The notes under the pieces were generated by a model, which saw nothing but the letters and a program-made list of their open reading frames with translations, was not told where the DNA came from and did not search any database. From Fidelibacterota bacterium (GTDB lineage Bacteria > Fidelibacterota > Marinisomatia > Marinisomatales > TCS56), in assembly GCA_043822705.1 (NCBI GenBank), contig JBDRBK010000033.1, positions 1-37,999 on the forward strand: 37,999 bases of DNA, read 5' to 3'. Of the stretch, positions 26,920-36,888 are shown in pieces. Each line of letters starts with the position of its first letter. Position 1 is the stretch's first letter. The translations under genes were made by a program, and so were the position numbers.

Positions 26920-28095
26920 ATGAATCTGTTTATTGTTCCATCCTGGTATCCCTCCCGGCTGCACCCCGAAAGCGGCAGTTTCTTCCGTGACCGGGCGGAA
27001 ATCCTTCAGGCCGACGGACAGCGCGTCACTGTCGTTGCCGCCGTTACCCACAGTACCAGGGACCTGTTCCGCTTCTACCGGGTAAAAATTGCACGCGGGA
27101 CGACCGCTCCCCAGTTTTCGGTTCCTACTATTTCCAGCGAAACACTAAATCCGTTCCCCTGCCAGCCACGTAATTTTTTCCGGTTCTACCGACGTCAGGT
27201 ACTGCGGCTTTGGGAACGCGCAGTCCGTTCCCAGGGCCGGCCGGAGGTGGTCCTGATCAATTCATCGCTGTGGGCCGGGGCCGGCCTGGCCGGAACGCTG
27301 GCAGCGGCGCACATTCCTTTTGTAGTCAGCGAACACTTAAAAGAATTCCTGCTGCCGGACGGTTTTACCCCGTTTCAACAAAGGATGATCCGGGAAACAT
27401 ACCGGCAGACCACCCGGATTATCGCCACCAGTCCGGCGCTCAAGGATGGTATCACCCGGCTATTTCCCGATCTGGCGGAGCGAATAACGGTTATTCCAAA
27501 TCCCGTCGATACGGAATTCTTCCGGCCCGGTCCGGTGAAACGAATACCGGAAAACAGTTTCACTTTTATTGCCATCGCACTGTTACGGCCGGAAAAACGG
27601 ATCGACCTGCTGCTGCAGGCCTTGGCGCTGCTGGAAAATTCAACGGTGACTACCCGGCTGATTGTCGCCGGCAGCGGCCCGGAGCAGGTGCGGTTGCAGG
27701 ATATGTCGCGACGACTGGGATTAGCTGAACGGGTTGAATTTGTTGGTTATCAACAACCGGCTGAAATACGGACTTTGTTACAGCGCAGTCAGGCGCTGGT
27801 TCTGCCCAGCACGGTCGAGACTTTCGGTGTCGCCCTGATCGAAGCGCAGGCCTGCGGCCTCCCGGTAATCGCTACCCGCTGCGGCGGACCAGAAGCGATC
27901 GTCCTGCCCGAAACCGGCCTGCTGGTGGATTGTGATAATATAGCCGCTCTGGCGGCGGGAATGGATAAAATGATCGCCGAATATACCAGGTTCCGACCGG
28001 AGCTGATCCGCGCGTCGGCGCACCAGCGCTATGGCGCTCAGGCCTACAGTGACACCTATCGGCGCTTGTTGACTGAAATCTCCGGTAATAAATAA
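26920..28095 (+). CDS. Glycosyltransferase family 4
   Basis: IVPSWYP, VVSEH, VIPNPVD, EKRIDLLL, LPSTVETFGVALIEAQACGLPVIATRCGG (EX7E). The only plus-strand gene. Confidence 0.93.
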   Translation: MNLFIVPSWYPSRLHPESGSFFRDRAEILQADGQRVTVVAAVTHSTRDLFRFYRVKIARGTTAPQFSVPTISSETLNPFPCQPRNFFRFYRRQVLRLWERAVRSQGRPEVVLINSSLWAGAGLAGTLAAAHIPFVVSEHLKEFLLPDGFTPFQQRMIRETYRQTTRIIATSPALKDGITRLFPDLAERITVIPNPVDTEFFRPGPVKRIPENSFTFIAIALLRPEKRIDLLLQALALLENSTVTTRLIVAGSGPEQVRLQDMSRRLGLAERVEFVGYQQPAEIRTLLQRSQALVLPSTVETFGVALIEAQACGLPVIATRCGGPEAIVLPETGLLVDCDNIAALAAGMDKMIAEYTRFRPELIRASAHQRYGAQAYSDTYRRLLTEISGNK

Positions 28096-28127
28096 CCCCC
28101 GGCGACGGTCAGCGCATCGCCGGGGGT
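28087..28127. terminator. Intrinsic terminator between the convergent GT4 and rplI genes
   Basis: 11-bp stem ACCCCCGGCGA (28095-28105) / TCGCCGGGGGT (28117-28127). On the minus strand it is followed by TATTTATT. Confidence 0.75.
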
Positions 28128-28149
28128 CAAAATATAAAACAGGGCGGCG

Positions 28150-28593
28150 TTACGCCTTGATGACGTATACTTTCAATTCCGGCTTAAGATCGGCACTGAT
28201 CTTGACCGGAACATTGTAGATGCCCAGCGCCTTGATCGGTTCATCCAGTAGAATATCATGTCGATCCACCGAAATGCCCTTATTCTCAAGGGCGGTGTGA
28301 ATATCCTGTGAAGTGACTGAGCCGAACATGCGTTCTTCTTCGCCCACCTGAACTTCGATGGTGAGCTCGATGCCGGTTAATTTGTTTACCGTGGCTTCCT
28401 GGGCTTTGCGTTCGCGACGCTCCCGCGCTTCGCTGATCTTTTTACGTTCTTCCGCCACCGCCAGGTTGCGTGTCGACGCCCGCAGGGCAAAACCACGCGG
28501 CACCAGATAATTACGGGCGTAACCGGGTTTGACTTTTACGATATCGCCGGCTTCGCCGAGATTTTCAACATTCTGGAGCAAAATTACATCCAT
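28150..28593 (-). CDS. rplI: 50S ribosomal protein L9
   Basis: MDVILLQNVENLGEAGDIVKVKPGYARNYLVP, MFGSVT, PIKALG. Confidence 0.98.
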   Translation of the reverse strand: MDVILLQNVENLGEAGDIVKVKPGYARNYLVPRGFALRASTRNLAVAEERKKISEARERRERKAQEATVNKLTGIELTIEVQVGEEERMFGSVTSQDIHTALENKGISVDRHDILLDEPIKALGIYNVPVKISADLKPELKVYVIKA

Positions 28594-28653
28594 AATTGAC
28601 CTCTATGTCCTTGGATTTCTGCGATTTCAGGGTTTGTTATTTTACCTTTAACC

Positions 28654-28881
28654 CTACTCACTCGCCTCATATGTGTAAGGCAGGAGGGCAATACTCCGGG
28701 CCCGTTTAATGGCGCGGATCAACTTGCGGTGCATCTTCGCGCTGGTACCGGTGACCCGGCGGGGCATGATTTTACCCTGGTCGGTTACAAACCGTTTAAG
28801 GAGTCTTACGTCCTTGTAATCAATTTCAGTAATTCCGTTTTCTTTGAAGTAACAGAATTTGCGTTTACTAATAAAGGCCAT
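28654..28881 (-). CDS. rpsR: 30S ribosomal protein S18
   Basis: [36 protein letters not shown]. Confidence 0.98.
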   Translation of the reverse strand: MAFISKRKFCYFKENGITEIDYKDVRLLKRFVTDQGKIMPRRVTGTSAKMHRKLIRAIKRARSIALLPYTYEASE

Positions 28882-28903
28882 ATAATTCCTCTATCCTTTG
28901 GTC

Positions 28904-29431
28904 TTACGATTGCTCTTCGTCGCCGGGTGCGGCGGTTTCACCGGCCTCGCTGTCGGTGACCGCAACATCTTCGTCATCGGTTTCCACGTCCGCATCGTCT
29001 GCGGTCGTTTCCGATTCTTCCTCGGCAAGCTGGTCATCGCTGTCGGTTTCCGGTTCCTGTTCTTCCGGTTCTACGATTATGCTGGGAATATCGCTATCTT
29101 CCAGCGTAACGGATTCAGGGGTCAGGTCTTCTTCCGGGCGAACGTCCAGTCGTACAATCAGGTGACGGATAATCGCTTTATTCAGTTTCAGAAAGGTATT
29201 TACTTCGGCCATTTGCGTGCTGTCGGGCGTACCCAGATGCAGCAACATGTAAGTACCGTATTTATGTTTATCAATCTGGTAGGCCAGACGCTTCTTGCCA
29301 AAGATGCGGTGATTGATTATCTCCGCCGGCATCAGCTTGGTCAACTCGTCAGCCACCTCTTTTTTAATCTCGGCCAGTCGATTCTGCTCGAGATTGGGGT
29401 TAACAATGTACAGGATTTCGTAGTATTTCAC
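28904..29431 (-). CDS. rpsF: 30S ribosomal protein S6 with long acidic C-terminal tail
   Basis: YEILYIVNP, GKKRLAYQI, IIRHLIV; GTG start with GGAGG Shine-Dalgarno; position upstream of rpsR-rplI. Confidence 0.95.
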   Translation of the reverse strand: MKYYEILYIVNPNLEQNRLAEIKKEVADELTKLMPAEIINHRIFGKKRLAYQIDKHKYGTYMLLHLGTPDSTQMAEVNTFLKLNKAIIRHLIVRLDVRPEEDLTPESVTLEDSDIPSIIVEPEEQEPETDSDDQLAEEESETTADDADVETDDEDVAVTDSEAGETAAPGDEEQS

Positions 29432-29443
29432 TTTACCTCCAGT

Positions 29444-31492
29444 TTAGAATAAGGGCGCAATAACCAGCGATACTACCGACATCAGTTTTATCAGAATGTT
29501 TAACGATGGTCCGGCGGTATCCTTGAACGGATCACCGACGGTGTCGCCGACCACGGCCGCCTTATGGGCAGCACTGCCCTTGCCGCCGTGAGCGCCGCCC
29601 TCAATATATTTCTTGGCATTGTCCCACGAGCCGCCGGCATTGGCCATGAAGATCGCCATCAGCACACCGCTGACAGTCACACCGGCCAGCACGCCGCCCA
29701 GCATTTCGGGATTTTTCAAAACAAGTCCGAAGAATACCGGGGTCAGAATAGCCAGCAGGCCCGGTACAATCATTTTTTTAATGGCCGCAGCCGTGGCGAT
29801 ATCCACGCAGCGGGCATAATCTGCCTTAGCCGTGCCTTCCAACAAACCCTTGATTTCGCGGAACTGGCGACGGACTTCTTCAATCATATCGAAAGCCGTC
29901 TCGCCGACCGCCCGCATCGCAAAGGATGAAAACACGAATGGTAACATTCCACCGATTAGCAATCCGGCCATGATATAGGGATTGTTTATATCCAGTGAAA
30001 GTCTTTCGATACCCATGGCGGCGGCGGCGGTCTCGCGGTAAGCGGCGAACAGTGCCAGGGCCGTCAGAGCCGCGGAACCGATCGCAAAACCCTTACCGAT
30101 AGCGGCAGTAGTGTTGCCGACAGCATCCAGTTTATCGGTGCGTTCGCGAACTTCCGGCGGTAATTGAGCCATCTCGGCGCAACCACCGGCGTTGTCGGCA
30201 ATCGGACCGTAGGCATCCACCGCTAATTGAATACCGGTAGTGGACAACATACCCAGCGCAGCGATGGCAATACCATACAAACCGGCGTAATGATAGGACA
30301 GAATGATGGCCACGGCAATCGCTATGACCGGCCAGACGGTGGAGTACATGCCGTTGGCTAAACCGGCAATGATATTAGTGGCGGCGCCGGTTTCGCTGGC
30401 CTTGGAAATCGTCCGGGCCGGTTTCCGCGATTCGGCGGTGTAATATTCGGTAATCAAGCCGATGGCAATACCAGCAATCAGGCCGACAATCGTCGCCATA
30501 AAAATACTGAAGCCGCTGACTTCCAGGCCGTTCAGCATTACTGCCACGGGAACAAAACCATTGATAATAAAATAACTGACAATCAGCATCAACCCGGCCG
30601 CGCCGAAGATACCCAGATTCAGGGCGGTCTGTGGATTACCGCCTTCCTTGGTGCGGACAAACAGTGTTCCAACGATGGAAACAACAATACCGGCACCAGC
30701 CAGTATCAGCGGCAGCAGCACCAGATTGGCCAGCCCGGCGGCGGCAGCCAGGACCATGGCGCCGACGATCGAACCGACATAAGATTCAAAGAGGTCCGCA
30801 CCCATGCCGGCGACGTCGCCAACATTATCACCAACATTGTCGGCGATAGTGGCCGGGTTGCGGGGATCGTCTTCGGGAATACCGGCTTCAACTTTACCAA
30901 CTAAGTCGGCGCCGACATCAGCGGCCTTGGTATAAATACCGCCGCCAACGCGGGCGAACAAAGCAATGGAACTGGCGCCCATGGTGAAACCGGAAAGAAT
31001 ATTCATGACCCGCGGCAGGTTGGCCCCGGCTTCCAGTCCGCCGTACAACCAGAACAGTACCGACAGGCCCAGAACGCCCAGCCCGACAACGCTCAGACCC
31101 ATCACGGCGCCGCCGTTAAAAGCCACCAGCAGGGCGGCGTTCAGACTGCTGCGGGCAGCCTGGGTGGTGCGGGTATTGGCCGATGTGGCAACGCGCATGC
31201 CGAAAAAGCCGGCCAGGGCACTGCACAGGGCACCGACAATAAACGATACCGCCACCAGCGACGTCCCCAGGGAGGCGTTGCCCCAGGCCAGGAGGGCCGC
31301 GACGGCAATTACAAATACTGCTAATACCTTATATTCGCGGGCCAGAAAAGCCATGGCGCCCTCACGGACGGCCAGACCGATTTCCTGCATTTTTTCGTTG
31401 CCCGGATCCTGTTTGGAGATCCAGGTGCTGCGCCAGAAAGCGTACAATAATGCCAGTATGCCAGCGGCCGGTATGAGATAATAGTAAGTCAT
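29444..31492 (-). CDS. hppA: Membrane-bound pyrophosphatase, K+-dependent, probably Na+-translocating
   Basis: [39 protein letters not shown] (Ala variant indicates K+ dependence), [24 protein letters not shown]. Confidence 0.96.
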   Translation of the reverse strand: MTYYYLIPAAGILALLYAFWRSTWISKQDPGNEKMQEIGLAVREGAMAFLAREYKVLAVFVIAVAALLAWGNASLGTSLVAVSFIVGALCSALAGFFGMRVATSANTRTTQAARSSLNAALLVAFNGGAVMGLSVVGLGVLGLSVLFWLYGGLEAGANLPRVMNILSGFTMGASSIALFARVGGGIYTKAADVGADLVGKVEAGIPEDDPRNPATIADNVGDNVGDVAGMGADLFESYVGSIVGAMVLAAAAGLANLVLLPLILAGAGIVVSIVGTLFVRTKEGGNPQTALNLGIFGAAGLMLIVSYFIINGFVPVAVMLNGLEVSGFSIFMATIVGLIAGIAIGLITEYYTAESRKPARTISKASETGAATNIIAGLANGMYSTVWPVIAIAVAIILSYHYAGLYGIAIAALGMLSTTGIQLAVDAYGPIADNAGGCAEMAQLPPEVRERTDKLDAVGNTTAAIGKGFAIGSAALTALALFAAYRETAAAAMGIERLSLDINNPYIMAGLLIGGMLPFVFSSFAMRAVGETAFDMIEEVRRQFREIKGLLEGTAKADYARCVDIATAAAIKKMIVPGLLAILTPVFFGLVLKNPEMLGGVLAGVTVSGVLMAIFMANAGGSWDNAKKYIEGGAHGGKGSAAHKAAVVGDTVGDPFKDTAGPSLNILIKLMSVVSLVIAPLF

Positions 31493-32070
31493 GCTCGTGC
31501 GTCTCCTACAGTTTGGATTCGATTGAATTGTGCCATTGTATTTTGCAGTCCGTTAACCAGGATCGACTGAGCCGCATCGGCGGCCGTTGCGATCATCGTT
31601 TGAGCTAAATCTTCATCCTGTCGGCGGAATGGTCTCAAAACAAAATCTTCCGCCGGTCGAACATTCTCCTCGGTGGCGATACCGAACCTGATTCGCGGAA
31701 AATCCATCGATCCGATACGGTAAATGATCGATTCCATCCCCCGGTGGCAGCCGTCTCCGCCTTTGGGCCTGATTCGCAGGGAACCCAGGGATAAATCCAC
31801 GTCATCCACAATTACTACCAGTTCCGGCAGTTCGATATCCCAGCGGCGAACAAGCTCCTTCACCGCCGGTCCGCAGACGTTCATTCCTGTAGTCGGCTTC
31901 GCTAACAAAACGCGCCCCTGTCGGGCCTCGGTGTAAACATAATCACCTTGGCCAGGTCGTAAGGATGCTTTCCAGCGCCGGGCCAACTCATCCACAACCC
32001 AGAATCCGGCATTGTGTTTGGTCCTGGCATACTGTGCTCCCGGGTTTCCAAGTCCGACAAACGCCAGCAT
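31489..32070 (-). CDS. pth: Peptidyl-tRNA hydrolase
   Basis: [36 protein letters not shown]; follows rplY. Confidence 0.96.
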   Translation of the reverse strand: MLAFVGLGNPGAQYARTKHNAGFWVVDELARRWKASLRPGQGDYVYTEARQGRVLLAKPTTGMNVCGPAVKELVRRWDIELPELVVIVDDVDLSLGSLRIRPKGGDGCHRGMESIIYRIGSMDFPRIRFGIATEENVRPAEDFVLRPFRRQDEDLAQTMIATAADAAQSILVNGLQNTMAQFNRIQTVGDARA

Positions 32071-32681
32071 TATTCTTCGCTGGCTTCCTCGGTATCTTCG
32101 TCACCTGCCACGGCGGCTGCTTCATCGACGGCTCCGCGGGCGGATTGAGCGGCAATGATCGGCGTCTCCGGGCTGGTGTGAATCTCAATCTCCTTGGGCA
32201 CCACCAAATCGCCAACCGAGATGTGTTCATCAACACCGAGGTTGGAAATGTCGATAACAATATTTTTCGGCACATCGCCGGGCAGGCAGAAGATTTCAAC
32301 CTGATTGATGTTGTGCATCAGGATTCCACCCTGTTTCGCACCCGGTGCTTCGCCGACGAAAACCAGCGGAACCATAATGCTGATCTTTTCCGTCATCTTG
32401 AAACCCATGAAATCCACGTGGATAATATCATCGGTGACCGGGTGGTACTGTAATTCCTTGATCTGGACATGGTGGCTCTTTTTGCCGATCTGGATCGCAA
32501 ACAGGTGGCTGCCGGAACGTAGCGCCAGCTGCAATGCTTTCTTGTCCACCGCAAGATTGACATTGGCGCCACCGTGCTGATAAAAATTGGCGGGGATCAG
32601 TCCCTGCCGGCGCAATTTCTTAATGCTGTTGGTACCAAGACTGTCCCGCTCGGTGATGTCTAACTGATATTCACTGCTCAT
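32070..32681 (-). CDS. rplY: 50S ribosomal protein L25/Ctc (long form)
   Basis: LRRQGLIPANFY, IKELQYHPVTDDIIHVDF, GAKQGG; lies between prs and pth. Confidence 0.96.
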   Translation of the reverse strand: MSSEYQLDITERDSLGTNSIKKLRRQGLIPANFYQHGGANVNLAVDKKALQLALRSGSHLFAIQIGKKSHHVQIKELQYHPVTDDIIHVDFMGFKMTEKISIMVPLVFVGEAPGAKQGGILMHNINQVEIFCLPGDVPKNIVIDISNLGVDEHISVGDLVVPKEIEIHTSPETPIIAAQSARGAVDEAAAVAGDEDTEEASEE

Positions 32682-32696
32682 AATTCATTCTCCTGT

Positions 32697-33644
32697 CTAA
32701 AAATCGAACAGGGCGCTTACCGAATCGCCCTGGTGAATTCGTTTAATCGCTTCGGCAAGGATGTCCGCTACCGATACGATAACCATATTTTGCAATATTT
32801 TTTCTTTTGGTATGTTGACCGTGTCGGTCAAAATTATTTTTTCAAATTCGGCCGCCTTCATCCGCTCCACCGCCGGCCCCGACAACAAGGCGTGCGTTCC
32901 GACGGCGAATATCCGCCGGGCGCCATTTTCCCGGGCTTTGGCGGCGGCATTGACGATCGTTCCGGCCGTATCGATCATGTCATCGATAATCAGCACATTC
33001 CGGTCCTTCAGTTCACCGATCAGATGAACGACTTCGGCCTGGTTGGGGGCGTAGCGCCGTTTATCGATCAGGGCGAAATGCATCTCCAGCCGTTTGGCAT
33101 AGGCCTGCGACATGCGGACGGAACCCATGTCGGGGGCCAGCACCACGGTCTGGGCTGCATCCAGATTCAGCTTCCGGATTTCATCCAGCAGCACTATCCG
33201 TGAATACAGATGATCGAAAGGCACTGTGGCGAAACCCTGAATCTGGGTCGAATGCAGATCCATGGTAATAATCCGGCTGGCGCCGGTGGTGGTAAAAATA
33301 TCCACCATCACCCTGGCCGACACCGGAACCCGCGGCATATCCTTGCGATCCTGCCGGGCATAGCCGAAGTAGGGAATCACCAGGGTGACGCTGTTGGCGG
33401 AAGCCCGGACGGCCGCGTCCAGAATCAACAGTACTTCGACAATATTGCCGGCGGGGGCGTTGGTCGACTGCACGATGAAAACATCCCTGCCACGAATGTT
33501 TTCCTCGAACTTGACCCACAGCTCGTTGTCCGCGAACCGTTTGATCGTCAGGGCGCCCAGTTCCATGTGCAACGCTTTGGCGATCCGCGCCGCCAGGGGC
33601 TGGTTACTCTGACCGGAAAATATTTTTAATTTATTGTCTTTCAT
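32697..33644 (-). CDS. prs: Ribose-phosphate pyrophosphokinase
   Basis: KIFSG, ENIRGRDVFIVQS, PYFGYARQDRK, MDLHSTQIQGF, IIDDMIDTAGT, SVSALF. Confidence 0.98.
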   Translation of the reverse strand: MKDNKLKIFSGQSNQPLAARIAKALHMELGALTIKRFADNELWVKFEENIRGRDVFIVQSTNAPAGNIVEVLLILDAAVRASANSVTLVIPYFGYARQDRKDMPRVPVSARVMVDIFTTTGASRIITMDLHSTQIQGFATVPFDHLYSRIVLLDEIRKLNLDAAQTVVLAPDMGSVRMSQAYAKRLEMHFALIDKRRYAPNQAEVVHLIGELKDRNVLIIDDMIDTAGTIVNAAAKARENGARRIFAVGTHALLSGPAVERMKAAEFEKIILTDTVNIPKEKILQNMVIVSVADILAEAIKRIHQGDSVSALFDF

Positions 33645-33648
33645 AGCG

Positions 33649-33719
33649 CTGCCGGGGGAGGATTCGAACCACCATTAACGGCTCCAAAGGCCGCGGTCTT
33701 GCCCTTAGACGACCCGGCA
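33649..33719 (-). tRNA. tRNA-Gln (anticodon TTG); CCA not encoded
   Basis: Minus strand TGCCGGG-TC-GTCTAAGGGCAAGAC-C-GCGGC-CTTTGGA-GCCGT-TAAT-GGTGG-TTCGAAT-CCTCC-CCCGGCA-G folds as a cloverleaf with a U1-A72 pair. It occupies the classic ispE-tRNA-Gln-prs position. Confidence 0.96.
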
Positions 33720-33736
33720 AATGAATGCACGGATAT

Positions 33737-34606
33737 TTATGCGAAACTGGTGGTTGTTACTGTCGCTGCGGGGTGGGTGAGAATGGTTTGGTAGGATTTT
33801 TTAAAATCTGACTCAGCCAACATCGCGCCGGCCTCATCGTCAAAAACCCCAAACACAGTCGAACCGCTGCCCGACAAACTGGCATAAACAGCTCCGGCTG
33901 CCAGCAGCCGCTGCTTGATCTCACCAATTTCTGGATATGCTGGAATTACTATCCGCTCAAAATCGTTCTCAAATAGCTCCCAGGACGGATTAGCACCCTG
34001 GAAAAAGCTGTCGAAGTTAATTCGGGAACGGGGACCGTTCAAGTTCTTTTTCACTTGGCCGTAGGCCCAGGCGGTATTAATCCGCAGCGCCGGTACGATC
34101 AACAGAAACGTCCAGGGACCGGACACCGACAGGGGCGTCAACTCGTCGCCGATGCCGTCCCCGACCTGGGTACCGCCACGGATAAAAAACGGCACATCGG
34201 CCCCGACCGCCGCCGCAGTTCGCTCCAACTCGGGAACGCTCAGCCGTAAGTCATACAGGTGGTTTAATCCTTTCAGAACGGCAGCGGCATTGCCGGAGCC
34301 ACCGCCCAAACCGGCGCCGGCCGGGATCTGTTTTTCGAGTTCGATCCGGATGCCGGCGACACCGGCGTAGCGCTCCTTCAACACCCGGACAGCCCGACAA
34401 CAGATGTTGGATTCATCAGTCGGGACCCAGTCCACACTGGCCGTGATCCGGCAGCCGGAATCGCGGATCGTCATCCGCACTGTATCGTGAAATTCCAGTT
34501 CCTGGAAAATCGTGTGGATTGTGTGGTAGCCATCCGGGCGCCGGTCGCGGATTTGCAGACCAATATTCACCTTGGCCGGGGATCGCAGTTGCAGGGTCGT
34601 CAGCAT
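33737..34606 (-). CDS. ispE: 4-diphosphocytidyl-2-C-methyl-D-erythritol kinase
   Basis: SPAKVNIGL, RPDGYH, KQIPAGAGLGGGSGNAA, GADVPFF, NDFE, LSGSGSTVFG. Confidence 0.97.
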   Translation of the reverse strand: MLTTLQLRSPAKVNIGLQIRDRRPDGYHTIHTIFQELEFHDTVRMTIRDSGCRITASVDWVPTDESNICCRAVRVLKERYAGVAGIRIELEKQIPAGAGLGGGSGNAAAVLKGLNHLYDLRLSVPELERTAAAVGADVPFFIRGGTQVGDGIGDELTPLSVSGPWTFLLIVPALRINTAWAYGQVKKNLNGPRSRINFDSFFQGANPSWELFENDFERIVIPAYPEIGEIKQRLLAAGAVYASLSGSGSTVFGVFDDEAGAMLAESDFKKSYQTILTHPAATVTTTSFA

Positions 34607-34619
34607 TGCCGCAGCGGTT

Positions 34620-35096
34620 TTATTCCCTGCTGACAGTGATGGTGGCCAGGGCCGCCAGGCCGCGGCCTTCGCCGATAAAGCCCAGATAATCGGTGGTGGT
34701 GGCCTTGACGGCGATAGCGTCGATATTTACCGCCAGCACGTCGGCCAGCGTCCGGCGCATCGGCTGAATGAAGTCGCGCAGTTTTGGTTTCTGCAGAACG
34801 ACAACCGAATCAATGTTGACGATCGTATATCCGGCCGCCCACAGTTTATCAGCCGCCGTCCGCAGAAAAAACCTGCTGTCGGCATCTTTCCACTGCATAT
34901 CTTCGCTGGGGAATAAGGTGCCGATATCACCCAGGGCCGCCGCACCTAACAGGGCGTCGACAATGGCATGGATCAGCACATCGCCGTCGGAGTGCCCGAC
35001 CGCACCGAACTCCGCCGGTATTTCGACGCCACCGATCACCAGTCGCCGGCCGGCCGCCAACTGATGCACATCATAACCGATTCCGGTTTTAATCAT
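34620..35096 (-). CDS. ispF: 2-C-methyl-D-erythritol 2,4-cyclodiphosphate synthase
   Basis: GIGYDVH, GHSDGDVLIHAIVDALLGA, GDIGTLFP, VKATT. Start placed at ATG 35096, overlapping the ispD stop. Confidence 0.97.
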   Translation of the reverse strand: MIKTGIGYDVHQLAAGRRLVIGGVEIPAEFGAVGHSDGDVLIHAIVDALLGAAALGDIGTLFPSEDMQWKDADSRFFLRTAADKLWAAGYTIVNIDSVVVLQKPKLRDFIQPMRRTLADVLAVNIDAIAVKATTTDYLGFIGEGRGLAALATITVSRE

Positions 35097-35820
35097 TTTC
35101 CGCCTCCCAGATTCGCCGGGCCGTTTCCCAGTCGTCGGGTGTGGTGATTTTGAAATTGCGCGGCGAGCCGTTGACAATGACAACCTGGTACCCCAGCCGT
35201 TCGACCAGGGCCGCTTCGTCGGTCCCGGATATGCCCTCCCGTTCGGCAGCGACCAGCGCTTCCAACAATATCGATTTCCGGAAAACCTGGGGCGTCTGTG
35301 CCAGCCAGATTGTCTCCCGCGGGATCGTCTCTGCGATAACCCGGCTTCCCGGCACTACCCTTTTAACGGTATCGCTGGCCGGTAGCGCCATGATCGCCCC
35401 GGCGTTATTGCCGCGGGCGGCGATACAATCGCGAATCATTTTTTCGGTCACGAACGGCCGGCCGGCATCGTGGATCACGACCAGCTCGCATTCGGGTGCA
35501 ACGGCGGCCAATCCGTTTTGAACCGAATCCTGGCGGCGCTCGCCGCCGGCTATCAACCGGATTTTCCGTTCAAGATCAATCGGCTGTAGTAAGGAATCCA
35601 GCTCAACGATTTGTTTTTCCGGAACTACAATGATTATTTCCCCAATCTCCGGCAGTGCCAGAAATGGTTTGATGGTATGGAATAGCAGCGGCGTATTCCC
35701 CAAGGTGAGGAACTGTTTGGGTACCGACCCTCCAAACCGCAGACCCCGGCCGGCGGCGGGAATTATCGCGCTGACCGGTCCATTGCGGTCGCTGTCGGCA
35801 ATCAGTCTGTCCCTGCCCAT
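35089..35820 (-). CDS. ispD: 2-C-methyl-D-erythritol 4-phosphate cytidylyltransferase
   Basis: IIPAAGRGLRF, PKQFL, GGERRQDSV, IHDAGRPF, AQTPQVF, TDEA, NFKITTPDD. Confidence 0.97.
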   Translation of the reverse strand: MGRDRLIADSDRNGPVSAIIPAAGRGLRFGGSVPKQFLTLGNTPLLFHTIKPFLALPEIGEIIIVVPEKQIVELDSLLQPIDLERKIRLIAGGERRQDSVQNGLAAVAPECELVVIHDAGRPFVTEKMIRDCIAARGNNAGAIMALPASDTVKRVVPGSRVIAETIPRETIWLAQTPQVFRKSILLEALVAAEREGISGTDEAALVERLGYQVVIVNGSPRNFKITTPDDWETARRIWEAEND

Positions 35821-35835
35821 CGGAAACAGCTTGGC

Positions 35836-36888
35836 CTATAAAATCAACATGGCGTCGCCGTAGCTGAGAAAGTGGTACTTTTTAGCCTTGGCTTCTTCAT
35901 AGGCTTTCAGGATAAAGTCCCGGCCGGCGAACGCGGACACCAGGATAATCAGGGTCGATTTCGGTTGATGAAAATTGGTCACCAGACCGTCGACCATCTT
36001 GAAATCATATGGCGGATAGATGAATTTGTCGGTCCAGCCGCGCTTGGTCGTTACCTGAAAACCGGACACGACCACCGTTTCCAGCGAACGCACCGTGGAA
36101 GTGCCGACGGCGAAAATTTTCCGGTGTTTGGCCCGAGCCTCATTTATCGCGACGGCTGTTTTGGGTGAAACCTCGAAATATTCCGAATCCATCTGGTGAC
36201 GGTTCAGGTCCTCCACCTGGACGGGGCGGAAAGTGCCCAGACCGATATGCAGGGTGGTGAATTCCACTTTCACACCCTTGTCGCGAATTTTATCCAGCAG
36301 TTCTTCGCTGAAATGCAGGCCGGCGGTGGGGGCAGCCACGGCACCCCGCTCTTCGGCGAAAACGCTCTGGTAACGTTCCTTGTCCCGCGGTTCCGGGTCG
36401 CGCTTGATGTAGGGCGGCAGTGGTGAAATTCCGATCCGGTCGATAATATCGTAGATTGCCTCATTTTCATATTCGAAGCGCACGACGCGGCCGCCGGAAA
36501 CGGTATTATCTATAACGTCGCAGTGGAAATTTTCCGTGAACACTAGTTTGTTGCCGATCCGTACTTTGCGGGCCGGGCGCACCATGACTTCCCACAGGTC
36601 ATTTTCCAGTTCCCGTAGCAGGAAGACCTCCACCCGGGCATCGGTGCGATCCTTGGTAGCGAACAGGCGAGCCGGGAAAACCTTGGTTTTGTTCAGAATC
36701 AACAGATCGTTTTTCCGCAGATACTTGTCAATTTCGTTGAAAATGGTGTGTTCGATCTGTTGCGTTTCCCGATTCAGCACCATCAATTTGGACTGATCGC
36801 GCTGGGGCGCCGGATACTGGGCGATGAATTCTTCCGGCAAATCGTAATCGAAATCGGCAAGTTTAAACTTGGGTTTTTTATTTATCAT
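35836..36888 (-). CDS. queA: S-adenosylmethionine:tRNA ribosyltransferase-isomerase
   Basis: [77 protein letters not shown]. Confidence 0.98.
   Translation of the reverse strand: MINKKPKFKLADFDYDLPEEFIAQYPAPQRDQSKLMVLNRETQQIEHTIFNEIDKYLRKNDLLILNKTKVFPARLFATKDRTDARVEVFLLRELENDLWEVMVRPARKVRIGNKLVFTENFHCDVIDNTVSGGRVVRFEYENEAIYDIIDRIGISPLPPYIKRDPEPRDKERYQSVFAEERGAVAAPTAGLHFSEELLDKIRDKGVKVEFTTLHIGLGTFRPVQVEDLNRHQMDSEYFEVSPKTAVAINEARAKHRKIFAVGTSTVRSLETVVVSGFQVTTKRGWTDKFIYPPYDFKMVDGLVTNFHQPKSTLIILVSAFAGRDFILKAYEEAKAKKYHFLSYGDAMLIL

Noticed and set aside
33649..33719. tRNA-Gln as an integration site for a mobile element
   Set aside because: It is flanked directly by ispE and prs in the canonical order, with no integrase or duplicated tRNA 3' end visible.
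35097..35183. N-terminal extension of IspF in the ORF track (similar over-extensions for priA 7353-7403 and the aldo/keto reductase 1299-1352)
   Set aside because: For IspF the extension lies inside ispD, and homology begins at MIKTGIGYDVH. In all three cases a downstream ATG fits the family start better.
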